Assembly (NCBI RefSeq): GCF_001194135.2
Contig: NC_068994.1
Span: 32,114,124 to 32,178,123, forward strand
DNA: 64,000 nucleotides
Direction of reading: 5' to 3'
Source: Octopus bimaculoides
Lineage: Eukaryota
Positions within the stretch are counted from its first letter, which is position 1. Each line of letters opens with the position of its first letter. The notes below the pieces were generated by a model that was not told the origin of the DNA, made no database searches, and saw nothing but the letters and a program-made list of their open reading frames with translations. Positions 41,096 to 54,447 of this stretch are shown here, in pieces. The translations under genes and the position numbers were made by a program.

Positions 41096-41354
41096 NTCTC
41101 AGGGATATTCAGCGTGACACAGTGTGTCAAGGCTGACCCTTTGAATTACAGGCACAACAGAAACAGGAAGTAAGAGTGAGACAAAGTTGTGGTGAAAGAG
41201 TACAGCAGGGTTCGCCACCATCCCCTGCCGGAGCCTCGTAGAGCCTTAGGTGTTTTCGCTCAATAAACACTCACAATGCCCTGTCTGGGAATCGAAACCG
41301 CGATCCTATGACCACAAATCCGCTGCCCTAACCACTGGGCCATTGCACCTCCAC
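41096..41354 (-). mobile_element. tRNA-derived SINE family C, 5' half
   Basis: Reverse complement of 37135-37377. Confidence 0.9.
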
Positions 41355-41669
41355 ATTAATGGCAATAGACACTATGAAAAACCGTTGAATAAAAGGGAAG
41401 TTACTCTAATATGTAGGAAAAAAGAAAAAGATAAAAAAAAAGACAAAAGATAAAAATATATATTCTCATACATACACACATATCCATACATACACGCACA
41501 CATGTATGTATATATATATATATATGTATATGTGCACACAACTTCATCCTCATATACACATAGGTGTCTGCATACATACATATATATTTAGACATTTATA
41601 CATATATATATATATACGTATATATATACACAGGTATACACTCACACTCCTGCATGTATTATATACAAT

Positions 41670-41817
41670 GGGCTTTTTTCAGTTTCCATCTACCAAATCC
41701 ACTTACAAGGCTTTAGTTGGCTAAAGTAGAAAACACTTGCCCAAGGTGCCAGACAGTGGGACTGAACCCAGAAGCATGCGGTTGAGAAGCAAGCTACTTA
41801 CCATACAGTCACACCTA
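41670..41817 (-). mobile_element. SINE family A head fragment
   Basis: Aligns to the 5' part of 4301-4716. Confidence 0.8.
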
Positions 41818-41851
41818 CATGCATATGTACATACATACATATATACACACG

Positions 41852-41909
<58 letters not shown>

Positions 41910-42498
41910 CATATAGAGAGAAGCAGAGAGGTTGGGAGAGAGAGAGTGTGTGTGTGTGTGTCCTTAAGACTGTTCCTCTTCTGATAAGACTTGTTTTACT
42001 TCCACCTCCTCTTTACAACTGGCTTTCAGTTACTCATGGAGAAGATGCAAGACAAATTCTTCCAGTTGAGCAGGAGACACCTAGAGAGTAGACAGTGAAT
42101 GAGATGGTTGTATAATATCCATAATTTCAGTTGGTCATTCTTGGAGATCCAGCAAGAAAGTGTAATGATATTTGCTTCTTATAGAATTCTGTGGAAGAGA
42201 TGTCTAAGGACTCTACCCCCAACAACCCTCTCAGGAATAGTGGCCAATGAAAATAGACAGATGGATGGATGTTTGAATATATTTGTTTGTTATTCATGAA
42301 ATCTCACTCATGGATAATTTTGTATAATCTACAAGTGGGGAACACTTTCAGAAACTTTCTTCAGTTATAGCCTTGTTGACAACTAACAGATGATTTTTAT
42401 TTCAATATCATTAACTTCAGCATTCATCCCGTTCTTCTAATAATATCTGAGTATTTATGCTATAGTTCAGGTTGAGACTATATATATGTATATATATA

Positions 42499-42750
42499 TT
42501 GGGTTGGTGCATGATTATTGCAGCTTTTTTTCACCAAATTTTATTCAACAAAAACAATAACAACATGTAACAAAAACATCTTTAAATGATTATTCTGGAG
42601 CATATTCACCATCTACTCCAGTTACTGCTTCTCATTTGCTTGGCAGACGGTCAGACCGTCATTTAAAGATGATCTTGTTAAATATTGTTATTGTTTTTGT
42701 TGAATAAGATTTGTTGAAAAAAAAGTCGCAATAATTATGCACCAACCAAA
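42499..42750 (-). mobile_element. Mariner-derived MITE (252 bp, TIRs about 90 bp, TA flanks) retaining the last 23 or so transposase codons
   Basis: TA|ttgggttggtgcatgattattgcagc ... gcaataattatgcaccaaccaaa|TA. The interior reads RLPSK*EAVTGVDGEYAPE* on the minus strand. Confidence 0.9.
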
Positions 42751-43147
42751 TATATATATATAAACAACAGTAGCAATCGTCCCTTCCAGGACAGCCACAT
42801 TATGTTGGCAAATAGCCTTTACTTTTATATATATATATATATATATACGCTGTAGATAGTCTGAGTATGAGACATTTTGGCCTGGCTGTTTTGGTGCTGC
42901 CTCTTTAGCATTGTTGATTCAGCACTGACTTATTTGACATAAGACATTCTAATGTTTTTCTTATCCTCTCCTCTTCTTACACTCCCTCTCCTCCTTCTTT
43001 CTATTTATGTGTGTGTGACCATATTTGTCTTTATGTCTCTGAGGAGAGGGAAACTATTTTTGTCAATTGAATTCAATCAATAAATTGTAATGTCTCCTTC
43101 TTTCTCTCTTTCTCATTCTTTCTTGCGAACCATGTTATGCTTGTCAC

Positions 43148-43614
43148 AGATTCATCTGGGATAACACGGGTTGGTGATCAGTAAAAACCTCTGCTTGGGC
43201 TATAAAACCACGCTCCAATGATCACCCATAATGCTCAGCTATCCAGAATGCACTGGCTATCACTAGTGCTTACACAACTGAGCTGCCAGGCTTCATATTT
43301 TTCATACAGATTCACATACTTGTATCCATCAATATGGGACCAGTGAACAGAAAAGAAAAAATACGAAGGTGCCAGTTCATAACAAAGGATGCAGGCGAAT
43401 GTGTTCTCTATAGGAAATGCTTAAGATAGTCAGGAAAATTTGTAATGGTGGAAGCTTTGCAGCAGCAAGCCACAAATATGCTATCACTGAATCTACCTTT
43501 CATTCCATTTACAAAGCGCATGGAGATGATTCATTTATTACAGATTCACTTATCACTGATTCATTTATCATGTTGGTTTTGGAACCAAAACCCCACGATA
43601 ACCGAGGATAGATG
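43148..43614 (+). mobile_element. Tigger/pogo-like non-autonomous element with an N-terminal HTH remnant
   Basis: MLKIVRKICNGGSFAAASHKYAITESTFHSIYK resembles the CENP-B/psq HTH. The right end aaccccacgataaccgaggatagatg|TA is Tigger-like. The left end is uncertain. Confidence 0.55.
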
Positions 43615-43931
43615 TATTAGATGCTAATGAATTTACTTCTTGCAATCTGCCATTTTGCACACTCCATTTTCTATTGTACTTCTGTTGCAAATTTGAAGTA
43701 TACATTCCCATTTTTAACTTTTCACTGAATATTACAGTTTGTGTTTTTGTCATTTGTCATATTTCATCAAGTGTTGGTTTGACTTGTGTCTCTGAAGTAT
43801 TGTAGTAGTTGTTGATGTTGTTGTTGTTGTTGTTGTTTAGCTCTTTGGTCAGTCCTGGTTGAGCAGGTCTGCAATCAAATGTCTCATTTGGACCCTGACA
43901 ATCCTAGTATTATAATTGGTATGTGGAACTA

Positions 43932-44420
43932 TCTTTTGTCTTTTACTTGTTTCGCTCATTAGACTGCGACCATGCTGGGGCATTGCCTTGAGTAATTGTT
44001 AGTTGAATGAATTGGCCTTGGTACTTATTCTTTTTAAAGCCTAGTACTTATTCTATCAGTCACTTTTGCTGAACCACTAGGTTACAGGGACTTAAACACA
44101 CCAACACCAGTTGTCAAGTGGTAACGAGGGACAAACACACACACACAGATGGACACAGACATAGACACACAGAGGCAGACACAGATATAAACACCCACAG
44201 ACACAGAGACAGACACAGACACACACACACATACACACACACACACACACACACAAACACACATAGGACAGGTTTCTTTCAGTTTCTGTCAACCAAATTT
44301 AATCACAAGGCTTTGGTTAGCCCAAAGCTATAGTAGAAGACATTTGCCTAAGGTGCCATGTAGTGGGACTGAACCTGGAACCATGTGATTTGGAAGCAAA
44401 CTTATTACCACACAGCCACA
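43932..44420 (-). mobile_element. SINE family A copy
   Basis: Reverse complement aligns to 4301-4716. Confidence 0.85.
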
Positions 44421-45039
44421 ATGTCTTGTTTTTTTCTTATTTAACCCTTGGCCTATCCAGAGTATTTTCATAAGTTTGTTCTAAACATCCATGTTTCTTT
44501 TCAGGCTTTTAAGTAGTACATATTTCAACATGCTCTGAGTAATACAAATGTTTCTTTCCACAAGTCCCAAATTACTCTGGAGATTAAAAAAAAAACTGGG
44601 AACATGTATCATACATGAAGCAAGGGCACCAAAGAAATATGTCCTGTGTTTCACATGTAATACTCAGAACAAGCAAAGGGTCAAGGTGTTACCATGGTGA
44701 TTTGTGTAAGGTTTCTAACGAATTGAGCTACTTCATAGACTCTACTTTATTTTTATATGAAATGAAAAGTGAGCCTTGCTGGGATTTGAAACAGAGAAAC
44801 AAATGATTTCACACAGCAATAAAAAAGGTTTCTAATACATTAGAAATAAGAATATTGATTTCTAAAGTAGACTCACTTCCATGATTATTGGTTGAGAGGT
44901 TAGTTAATTAGATTTACCCTAGTACTTGACTGGTATTTACTTAATTTTGTGAAGCCCAGAAGGATAAAAGACGAAGTTGACCTTGGTGAGATTTTAAACT
45001 CAGAAATGTAAATGAGTTTTCAATGTAAACAACATGGTG

Positions 45040-45710
45040 GAGATAATAACATTGACGATGATGATGATGATAGTGATGATGATGATGATAGTGATGGTGA
45101 TGGTGATGACTTTTATGACAATGACAACGACGATAATGATGATGTTAATGATGATGATGATAATGATGATGACGATGAGGTAATGATGAGGATGATAATG
45201 ATGGTGGTGATGCTGATGGTGATGATGATAGATGATGATGATGTTGATGATGAAGGTGATGATGATGATGATGACAGTGATGATGATGATTATGATGGTG
45301 GAGATGATGATAGTGATAATGATGATGGTGATAATGGTGATGATGATGGTGAGGTTGATGACTTTTATGACAATGACAATGATGATGATGATGATGTTAA
45401 TGATCATGGTGATAAAGATGATGATGAGGTAATAATGAAGATGATACTGATGGTAGTGATGATGATGGTGATGATGACAGATGATGATGATGACAGATGA
45501 TGATGATGATGATGATGATGCTGATGATGAAGATGATGATTATGATGGTGGTGATGATGATGGTGATAATGATGATGGTGATGGTGATGATGATGATAGT
45601 GATGACAACGATCATGACGGCGACAATGAAGATGGCAATGATGAAGTTGATGATGATGATGACGATGTTTATGATAATGACAACAACGATGCTGACGAAG
45701 AAGGTGAATG
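45040..45710. repeat. Cryptic (GAT)n minisatellite with a higher-order period of about 250 bp
   Basis: gacttttatgacaatgacaa recurs at about 45110 and 45360, with a weaker third copy near 45665. Each unit carries the same phase shift (ga(t/c)agatg). Confidence 0.85.
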
Positions 45711-47502
45711 AGAATAGGAAGAAAACGCTGCGGATTCCGTCAACACTTGCTCTTCCTTAACCACAATCTTCTGCAATAATTTCATTTGTTAGCAATAGAA
45801 TATATAGCCTGAACTCAACTGCACCCCCGCTCTCCTTTCAGACACACACACACACACAAACATACAAACATAAAAAAAAAACAACATGAAAACAACAGAA
45901 AATGCCGAAACAAACCCCACCAACGGACCTACGGAGGGTGATGGGGATGACGGAAGGGGTGAAGTGTTTGTTGAAGAATGGAAATAATAAAAGGAAATTA
46001 TAAGAAATAAATTCAAGTAAAGGTCTTCTCTGAAATAACCTCTATTCTTTGTTTCCAATAAACATAATAGAATTTTTCCTTAATTTACCGAAATTGCTGC
46101 AAGACTTTTCCTTCCTTTATCAACTGTTCACTGCTTGAAGGGGGACTGGCTCTTGTGAGAAATGCTTTCCCCTCCTGTCCACCCCCATCTCTCCTGTTTT
46201 CCTCCTCTCTTTCTCTCTCTCTATATATGTATACATATATGTTCTGAGTGAGTGTGTATGTTTATAAAGTATGTATATAGATAATATACATATGTGTGTA
46301 AATGTATATATAATATATATATATGTGCATACATGTATATATATGTGTGTGTATAATATATATAGGTATATATATATATATGTGTATATATATATATATG
46401 TGTGTGTGTGTGTATAATATATATATATGTATATATATATATAATATATGTGTATATATATATGTGTGTGAGTGTGTGTGTGTATAATATATATATGTAT
46501 ATGTATATAATATATGTGTATATATATATATGTGTGTATAATATAAATGTGTATATATATATATATATATGTGTGTATAATATAAATGTGTATATATATA
46601 ATATATATATGTGTATATATAATATGTGTGTGTGTGTGTGTGTGTNNNNNNNNNNNNNNNNNNNNNNNNNNNNNNNNNNNNNNNNNNNNNNNNNNNNNNN
46701 NNNNNNNNNNNNNNNNNNNNNNNNNNNNNNNNNNNNNNNNNNNNNNNNNNNNNNNNNNNNNNNNNNNNNNNNNNNNNNNNNNNNNNNNNNNNNNNNNNNN
46801 NNNNNNNNNNNNNNNNNNNNNNNNNNNNNNNNNNNNNNNNNNNNNNNNNNNNNNNNNNNNNNNNNNNNNNNNNNNNNNNNNNNNNNNNNNNNNNNNNNNN
46901 NNNNNNNNNNNNNNNNNNNNNNNNNNNNNNNNNNNNNNNNNNNNNNNNNNNNNNNNNNNNNNNNNNNNNNNNNNNNNNNNNNNNNNNNNNNNNNNNNNNN
47001 NNNNNNNNNNNNNNNNNNNNNNNNNNNNNNNNNNNNNNNNNNNNNNNNNNNNNNNNNNNNNNNNNNNNNNNNNNNNNNNNNNNNNNNNNNNNNNNNNNNN
47101 NNNNNNNNNNNNNNNNNNNNNNNNNNNNNNNNNNNNNNNNNNNNNNNNNNNNNNNNNNNNNNNNNNNNNNNNNNNNNNNNNNNNNNNNNNNNNNNNNNNN
47201 NNNNNNNNNNNNNNNNNNNNNNNNNNNNNNNNNNNNNNNNNNNNNNNNNNNNNNNNNNNNNNNNNNNNNNNNNNNNNNNNNNNNNNNNNNNNNNNNNNNN
47301 NNNNNNNCCACCACCACCACCACCACCACCACCACCACCACCACCACCACCAGCTGTTCCCAAAGACAAGAGGAAAGGGAGAGGGGATGGGAAGGCAGGG
47401 TGGAGGAGGAGAGAGAGAGAGGAGATGAAGAAGAATCTACCCCAGTATTTGACTGGTACTGTACTTATTTACCCAGAAGGATGAAAAGCAGAAATCAGAA
47501 TG

Positions 47503-48182
47503 TTTTATCCTTTATCTTTTACTTGTTTCAGTCATTAAACTGTGGCCATGCTGGGGCACCGTCTCCAAGAATTTTTTCATCGAGTCAATTGACCCCAGTA
47601 CTTTTTTTTTATTTTTTGAAACCTGGGTTTCTATCAATCTCTTTTGCTGAAGCGCTTAGTTATGGGGATTTAAACATACCAACACCAGTTGTCAAGCAGT
47701 GGTGAGGGACAAAGACAGACACAAGACACCCACATATACACACACATATGCACACACACTTACACACGAACACACACACATATATATATATAATGAGCTT
47801 CTCTCAGTTTTCGTCTACCAAATCTACTCACAAGGATTTGGTCAGCCTGAAGCTATATTAGAAAACACTTGCCCAAGGTACCATGCAGTGGGACTGAACC
47901 CGGAACCATGTGGTTGGGAAGCAAGCTTCTTACCACACAGCCACACCTGTAATGGAATGTATGAGTATGTCTGAGTAAAGCTGCCGGAACATAAGGCACA
48001 AGCATGGCAATGAGGTTAAAATGCTTGCTTAGTAACCATGTGGTTTTGGGTTCAGTCTCATTGTATACCACTTTGGGCAAGCATTTTCTGCTGTAGCTCC
48101 TGGGTTAACCAATACTTTGTGAGTGAACTTGATTGAGAGAAACTGTGCAGAAGCTTACCATATATGTCTGTTTGTGTGTGCT

Positions 48183-48231
<49 letters not shown>

Positions 48232-48446
48232 CTTTGTGTTTCTCCCCATGTCTTTGCTTGACAACTGGTTTTGGTTTGCTTACATTGCTATGACTTAGCA
48301 GTTCTGTCTAAATAACGGATAGAATAACTACCAAGCTTAAAAATAAGCCCTGCAATCAATTTGTTCAGCCAAAATACTTCTAGATGGTGCTCCAGCATGG
48401 CCACAGTCCAATAACTGAAATGAGTAAAACACAAAAAATAAAAGAG
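47503..48446. mobile_element. Head-to-head pair of SINE family A copies (47503-47949 minus; 47995-48446 plus)
   Basis: Both align to the family and are about 45 bp apart. Confidence 0.8.
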
Positions 48447-48717
48447 CTGGGGGAAACTTTCTATTGTTGGTTTTCTCTTCTTTTAGGGCAGATTTGAGGG
48501 TTAAGCAACAACATCAATAACAAAAACAACAGCAAGACCAACAGTAACATCAACGATGTTTATATATCATTATAAATAATGTAAATTAATTAATTGTGTT
48601 ACGATTATTGAGTAAATAATTTGTTTTTATCTCTATGTGAAATGTTATTGAGAACAATACATAGCTTCAGAGTTGTAGTGAAATTTTTGATCAGAACTGT
48701 GTGTATGAATGAATGGT

Positions 48718-48763
<46 letters not shown>

Positions 48764-48884
48764 CGTGTATGTGTGTGTGTGTGCATATGATATGTGTGTG
48801 TGTGCATATGATATATATATATCAATGCTCAACCCATGCCAGCATGAAATATGAGAGTTAAATGATAATGATATATATATATAT

Positions 48885-49139
48885 CCCAGTCACATGATTC
48901 CAGGTTCAGTCCCACTNNNNNNNNNNNNNNNNNNNNNNNNNNNNNNNNNNNNNNNNNNNNNNNNNNNNNNNNNNNNNNNNNNNNNNNNNNNNNNNNNNNN
49001 NNNNNNNNNNNNNNNNNNNNNNNNNNNNNNNNNNNNNNNNNNNNNNNNNNNNNNNNNNNNNNNNNNNNNNNNNNNNNNNNNNNNNNNNNNNNNNNNNNNN
49101 NNNNNNNNNNNNNNNNNNNNNNNNNNNNNNNNNNNNNNN

Positions 49140-49210
<71 letters not shown>

Positions 49211-49405
49211 TTGTGTATCTGGGTTTGACAACCGATGTTAGTGTGCTTACATCCCCATAACTTAGTGGTACAGCAGAAGAGACCGATAGAATAAGTACTC
49301 GGCTTACTACGAATAAGTCCTGGGGTCGATTTGCTTGACTAAAAGAGGTGCTCCAGTATGGCCTTATTCAAATAACTGAAACAAATAAAAGGCAAAAGAT
49401 AAGAG
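48885..49405 (+). mobile_element. SINE family A copy spanning a gap
   Basis: Head fragment before the gap; (TA)(TG) tract and 3' tail after it. Confidence 0.8.
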
Positions 49406-50372
49406 ACATACATGCACTTAGATATATATATTCAGATACATACATACCTATAAGAGAATATATATATAAATCAGAAACATAAACATATGCCAATCTACAT
49501 GTGTGTGTGTATGTGTGTGTGGTATGTATGTGTATATGAACTACAGCATTGCAGATGTACATGACATGATCAAGAGATGCATAAGGCTGGTAACAGGATA
49601 TGAACCATTGCTCCTTCTGGTTCCTTCAATGTCTTGATCAGCCAGTGCTTTTTCTAAAAGATACAACTTAAAGAGGAAAAACAAAAAGAAAAAAAGCAAC
49701 CAGAAAACAAGGACAAAAGAAGAATTGTTGGAAGAAAAATGTATAAAGCATAAAAATGAGTTATTCCTCTCCAAAATATATTTAATCAGACCATCACAAG
49801 GGAGAAAAAAAAAAGTGAAATGTGAAAATCTTTCTAAAAATTTGTATGAAACTTGGTACATTATGGCTGCCATTTTGCTATTGCTGGTAAGAAAATATCT
49901 GACATGAACTTGTCTTGTTCTAAGTAAGACAGGTGTATAGAATTTAATTTATTTTTGCAGGATGACAAGGAAACAAGTTAGACAAGAATAGAGACGGAAT
50001 GGATTTATGTTGGCTTTTCTTTGTCAGTTTCCTAAAAGAAATGCTAGCTTTCTTTAGATTTACATATGACAGATCTCAAATTGTAACCAGAGTAGGAAAA
50101 GAGTAATGGTAGTTAAATCTAATTGTATATAGTCAAACATATGTACACACACATACTGTGAGGGTATATATACATATATGTGCGTGTGTGTGTGTGTGTG
50201 TGTGTGTAAGTGTGTGTGTGTGTGTATGTGTGTAAGTGTGTAAGTGTGTGTATATATATATATATATATATATGAATTGACATTTTTTACAAATATACAC
50301 ATCTACTTACCTACCTTTCCTGCCTACCTACCTACCTACCTATCTACCTACGTACTTACCTACTTACCACCA

Positions 50373-50417
<45 letters not shown>

Positions 50418-50460
50418 CATATACGTACATATATACATACACACAAACACTCACACACAC

Positions 50461-50982
50461 ATTCAAATTTTGTGTTAGAAGCAAGCTGTAATTATTGATG
50501 TCACATACTTTATGTGTGTGTGTGTGTTGCTAAACATTTTTAGCTGTGATATTTCATCCAGGGAAGGTCCCATTAAAGATTCAGAGTGTTAAAAAAACAC
50601 AGTATACTTCAAAGCCAGGCAAAATAAATTGAGCTGGAAGTGAACGAGAATGACAAATACTGATATTTTGCAGTTATTTCTGCTCATCAGTGCCATACAC
50701 TCGATTTTCCCTTGAAATGAATTTGAATTGCAGAGGCCCAGCATTTAAATTCATTGCAAGGGTGATTTGAATATATGGCACTGGTGAGCAGAAACAACTG
50801 AATTCTCAATATCTGTCATTCTTGCTCACCTCTGGAGTGGTTTGTTTTTGCCTCTGAATTTCTAAAAGAACCTTCCCAAGACAAAAATAGCTCAGCTTAA
50901 AAGTGTTCAACAACACACAAATTAAGTGTGTGACACTGATAAAGTTTGCATTACATAGCTGCTTCTGACACAGAATTGAATT
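50461..50982. repeat. Imperfect palindrome of about 520 bp (9-nt loop at 50732-50740)
   Basis: For example gagaatgacaaatactgatattttgcagttatttctgctcatcagtgccata matches the reverse complement of tatggcactggtgagcagaaacaactgaattctcaatatctgtcattcttg. Pairing continues outward to attcaaattttgtgttagaagc / gcttctgacacagaattgaat. Confidence 0.85.
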
Positions 50983-51523
50983 TTGTTTTATTGTGTAGCA
51001 GTGTTCACATCAGTAGACAGATTTTATGCAGTCTGTATGTTTGTATCATGCATTGAGTACTAGATTTGAAAGTAGTCCAGTTTGACTCAACCAAATTCAG
51101 CAAAGATAATATATATATATATATCTGGCACTTCATCAGTTATGACAATGAGGGTTCCATTCCAGTTGGTCTAATCAATGGAACAGCCTGCTCATGAAAT
51201 TAATGTCCAAGTGGCTGAGCATTCCACAGATACATGTACCCTTAATGTAGTTCTCTAGGAGATTCAGCATGACACAAAATACTCATTTTTACTAGCTGAA
51301 TGGATTGAAGCAATGTGAAATAAAGTGTCTTGCTTAAGGACACAACATGCCACTGGGAATCGAACTTACAACTTTACGATTGCGAGCCAAATATCCTAAC
51401 TATTAAGCCACATGCCTTCACTAAACGTAAAGATGGACGAAATGCTGCAATGCATTTTGTCCAGCACACTGCCTTATATATATATATAATGTATGTATGT
51501 ATGCATGTATGTATGTATGTTTG

Positions 51524-51562
<39 letters not shown>

Positions 51563-52154
51563 GTATATATATGTATATATATATATCTATATATATACAC
51601 GTATATGTATGAATGTATACAAGGATACATACATATACATATATNNNNNNNNNNNNNNNNNNNNNNNNNNNNNNNNNNNNNNNNNNNNNNNNNNNNNNNN
51701 NNNNNNNNNNNNNNNNNNNNNNNNNNNNNNNNNNNNNNNNNNNNNNNNNNNNNNNNNNNNNNNNNNNNNNNNNNNNNNNNNNNNNNNNNNNNNNNNNNNN
51801 NNNNNNNNNNNNNNNNNNNNNNNNNNNNNNNNNNNNNNNNNNNNNNNNNNNNNNNNNNNNNNNNNNNNNNNNNNNNNNNNNNNNNNNNNNNNNNNNNNNN
51901 NNNNNNNNNNNNNNNNNNNNNNNNNNNNNNNNNNNNNNNNNNNNNNNNNNNNNNNNNNNNNNNNNNNNNNNNNNNNNNNNNNNNNNNNNNNNNNNNNNNN
52001 NNNNNNNNNNNNNNNNNNNNNNNNNNNNNNNNNNNNNNNNNNNNNNNNNNNNNNNNNNNNNNNNNNNNNNNNNNNNNNNNNNNNNNNNNNNNNNNNNNNN
52101 NNNNNNNNNNNNNNNNNNNNNNNNNNNNNNNNNNNNNNNNNTATATATATATAT

Positions 52155-52194
<40 letters not shown>

Positions 52195-52251
52195 TCACAT
52201 ACTATAAGTACACATGCACTATATACACACACATCTATACAGACACAAACA

Positions 52252-52284
<33 letters not shown>

Positions 52285-52789
52285 TAAATGGCTTAAACTG
52301 ATGGTCTATTCAATTTTCTGTTTGAAATGACAGAAATCATATGATTTAGATGCAGTGTTATATGTTTTTCCACAAACAATTTAGAAGTTAAATATATTTA
52401 TTTGCTTGTAATAAATTGGATAAAAGTTGCACAAATGGGCACACAAACACACATACATGTACATAAGCAATTATTGATGTGCACAGATATATACATGCAG
52501 TCAATTTCATATACAGATAGGCTTATCTTAATACTTATGAATACATACATACAAGTATATATACATTCATATTTACTTTCATTCATTCATACATACATAC
52601 ACACATACATATACATACATCCTTGTGAAAGGATTTGGTAGATGGAAGCTGAAAGAAGCCCATCATATATGTGAATAAATATATAAGTGTGTGTGTGTGT
52701 ATGTGTGATTATGTTTTAATATCTCTTAACCACCAAGTGTCGAAGTGCATCTCTTGACTAAGTTTGCATACATGGGGCTGATAACATCA

Positions 52790-53840
52790 TAAAACTTGGA
52801 AGGTAGCTCCTTGAGAAATGCTGTTTATCTGATAACCAAGAGTACATGCCCAAAGAATTTGCATGACTCTATTGCAATGTATCATTAGATGAAAGGATGA
52901 GCCTATTTGAGCAGAAGACTATGCATGGATATGTTAGTAGAAAGCTCTGTGATGATAGTAACATCGAACATCAAAGCAGTTTATCATGGACCAATGGCCA
53001 GATTACTACCTCCCACTTTGAAGGGTATGCGTTTGCAATTCAGGGACAAAAAATATCAACCAAGTACCTGATTCACGAAAGGGATAGAGATGCAGGTAAA
53101 GCCGTAAAGTGTAACAACTGATGTAGACTTTGTGGAGTTCACACTGATGATATCACCCACATCATAAGCAGTTGTCCGAAAATGTCCGAAAATGTCATCA
53201 TGGTATTATTTACTGATGAGACATGACGTTGTCGCTAAGACACTCTATAATGAAATCCATCAGACGGATAATCCCAAGAACAAAGAAATAAGAACCCACA
53301 ATATGGTAGAAGCCATAACACTCATAATAAAACGGAATACTGGTGGAATGTACCAGTGAAGACCTCAATAAAATGTAAGCACAACAGACCTGATATAATG
53401 ATTTGGGATAGAGAAGAGAAACTGTGCACAGTTGTGGAAATTAGGTACCCAGCAGATGTTAACATAAAGCTGAAGATCAGTGAAAAAGAGAACACCTATG
53501 CTGAGCTATTGAGAAATCTGCAGTTACTCTATCCAGATTACAAGTTCAGGTTTATACCTGTAATTATTGGAGCCCTGGGATATGTAACACACTGCCTAAA
53601 TACCAATCTTGAGAAAATAGGCTTCTCAAAACCAGAAAGGAGAAAGCTAATTCGAAGACTACAANNNNNNNNNNNNNNNNNNNNNNNNNNNNNNNNNNNN
53701 NNNNNNNNNNNNNNNNNNNNNNNNNNNNNNNNNNNNNNNNNNNNNNNNNNNNNNNNNNNNNNNNNNNNNNNNNNNCTACAAATGAAATTCATCATTGGAA
53801 TTGTAAAAATCTGTAAAAGTTTCCAGAAGTTTATCATTTA
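52790..53840 (+). pseudogene. RLE-LINE 3' region (CCHC knuckle plus PD-(D/E)xK endonuclease)
   Basis: TSHFEGYAFAIQGQKISTKY...CRLCGVHTDDITHIISSCPKM...NRPDIMIWDREEKLCTVVEI...FIPVIIGALGYV...IGIVKICKSF. Confidence 0.92.
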
Positions 53841-54364
53841 AATATGTATGAGCATATCTAGATATGCAACTATATGCATACACACATACATACACATACG
53901 CACATGCATATACAATATGGTCATGCTTATACACCAACACAGAAAGGTGTACAGATACACAGAGGCACCATTGTGTATACACGAAGATATATGAACAGTG
54001 ATGTATATACATACATACTCACATACACATACATACATGTATATGTATTTATATATGCATACATATATACATACATATACATATATATATACATATACAT
54101 ATATATATACATATATATACATGCATATATATACATATATATATACATACATTCATACATACATGTATATATACATACAGTCATGGTCACACACTGACAG
54201 ATATATAGATAGTTAGAGACACAGTTGTATATGAACAAAGCTACATAAAGAGGGATTTTGCTGGTTATTTTTCTGCTTCCTTTACATCGGTTTAAACAAT
54301 GTTAGCAGAAAATCAGATAGAGGAAACATTTACGATATAATATATACTTTTGATAGTTCCATTC

Positions 54365-54447
<83 letters not shown>

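Noticed and set aside
43005-43040. ctgaggagagggaaac hammerhead-like string; also ctgatga at 9505 and ctgatgc...gaaaagct at 12094-12145
   Set aside because: No stem II or stem I/III pairing, or the core bases are missing.
44439-44600. piggyBac-like MITE (TTAA-CCCTT start)
   Set aside because: Only about 10 bp of inverted match and no right TTAA-bounded TIR.
45012-45500. Asp-rich 162-aa ORF resembling an acidic biomineral protein
   Set aside because: It is the translation of a (GAT)n tract with no signal peptide or splice support. The same applies to the poly-H/T/I/S/V/C and YI ORFs throughout the window.
49961-49990. Strong acceptors at 49960 and 58960 as distal terminal exons (would add G* or AGSYQS*)
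   Set aside because: They are phase-compatible but far away, with no supporting homology. They cannot be preferred over 31477 without RNA data.
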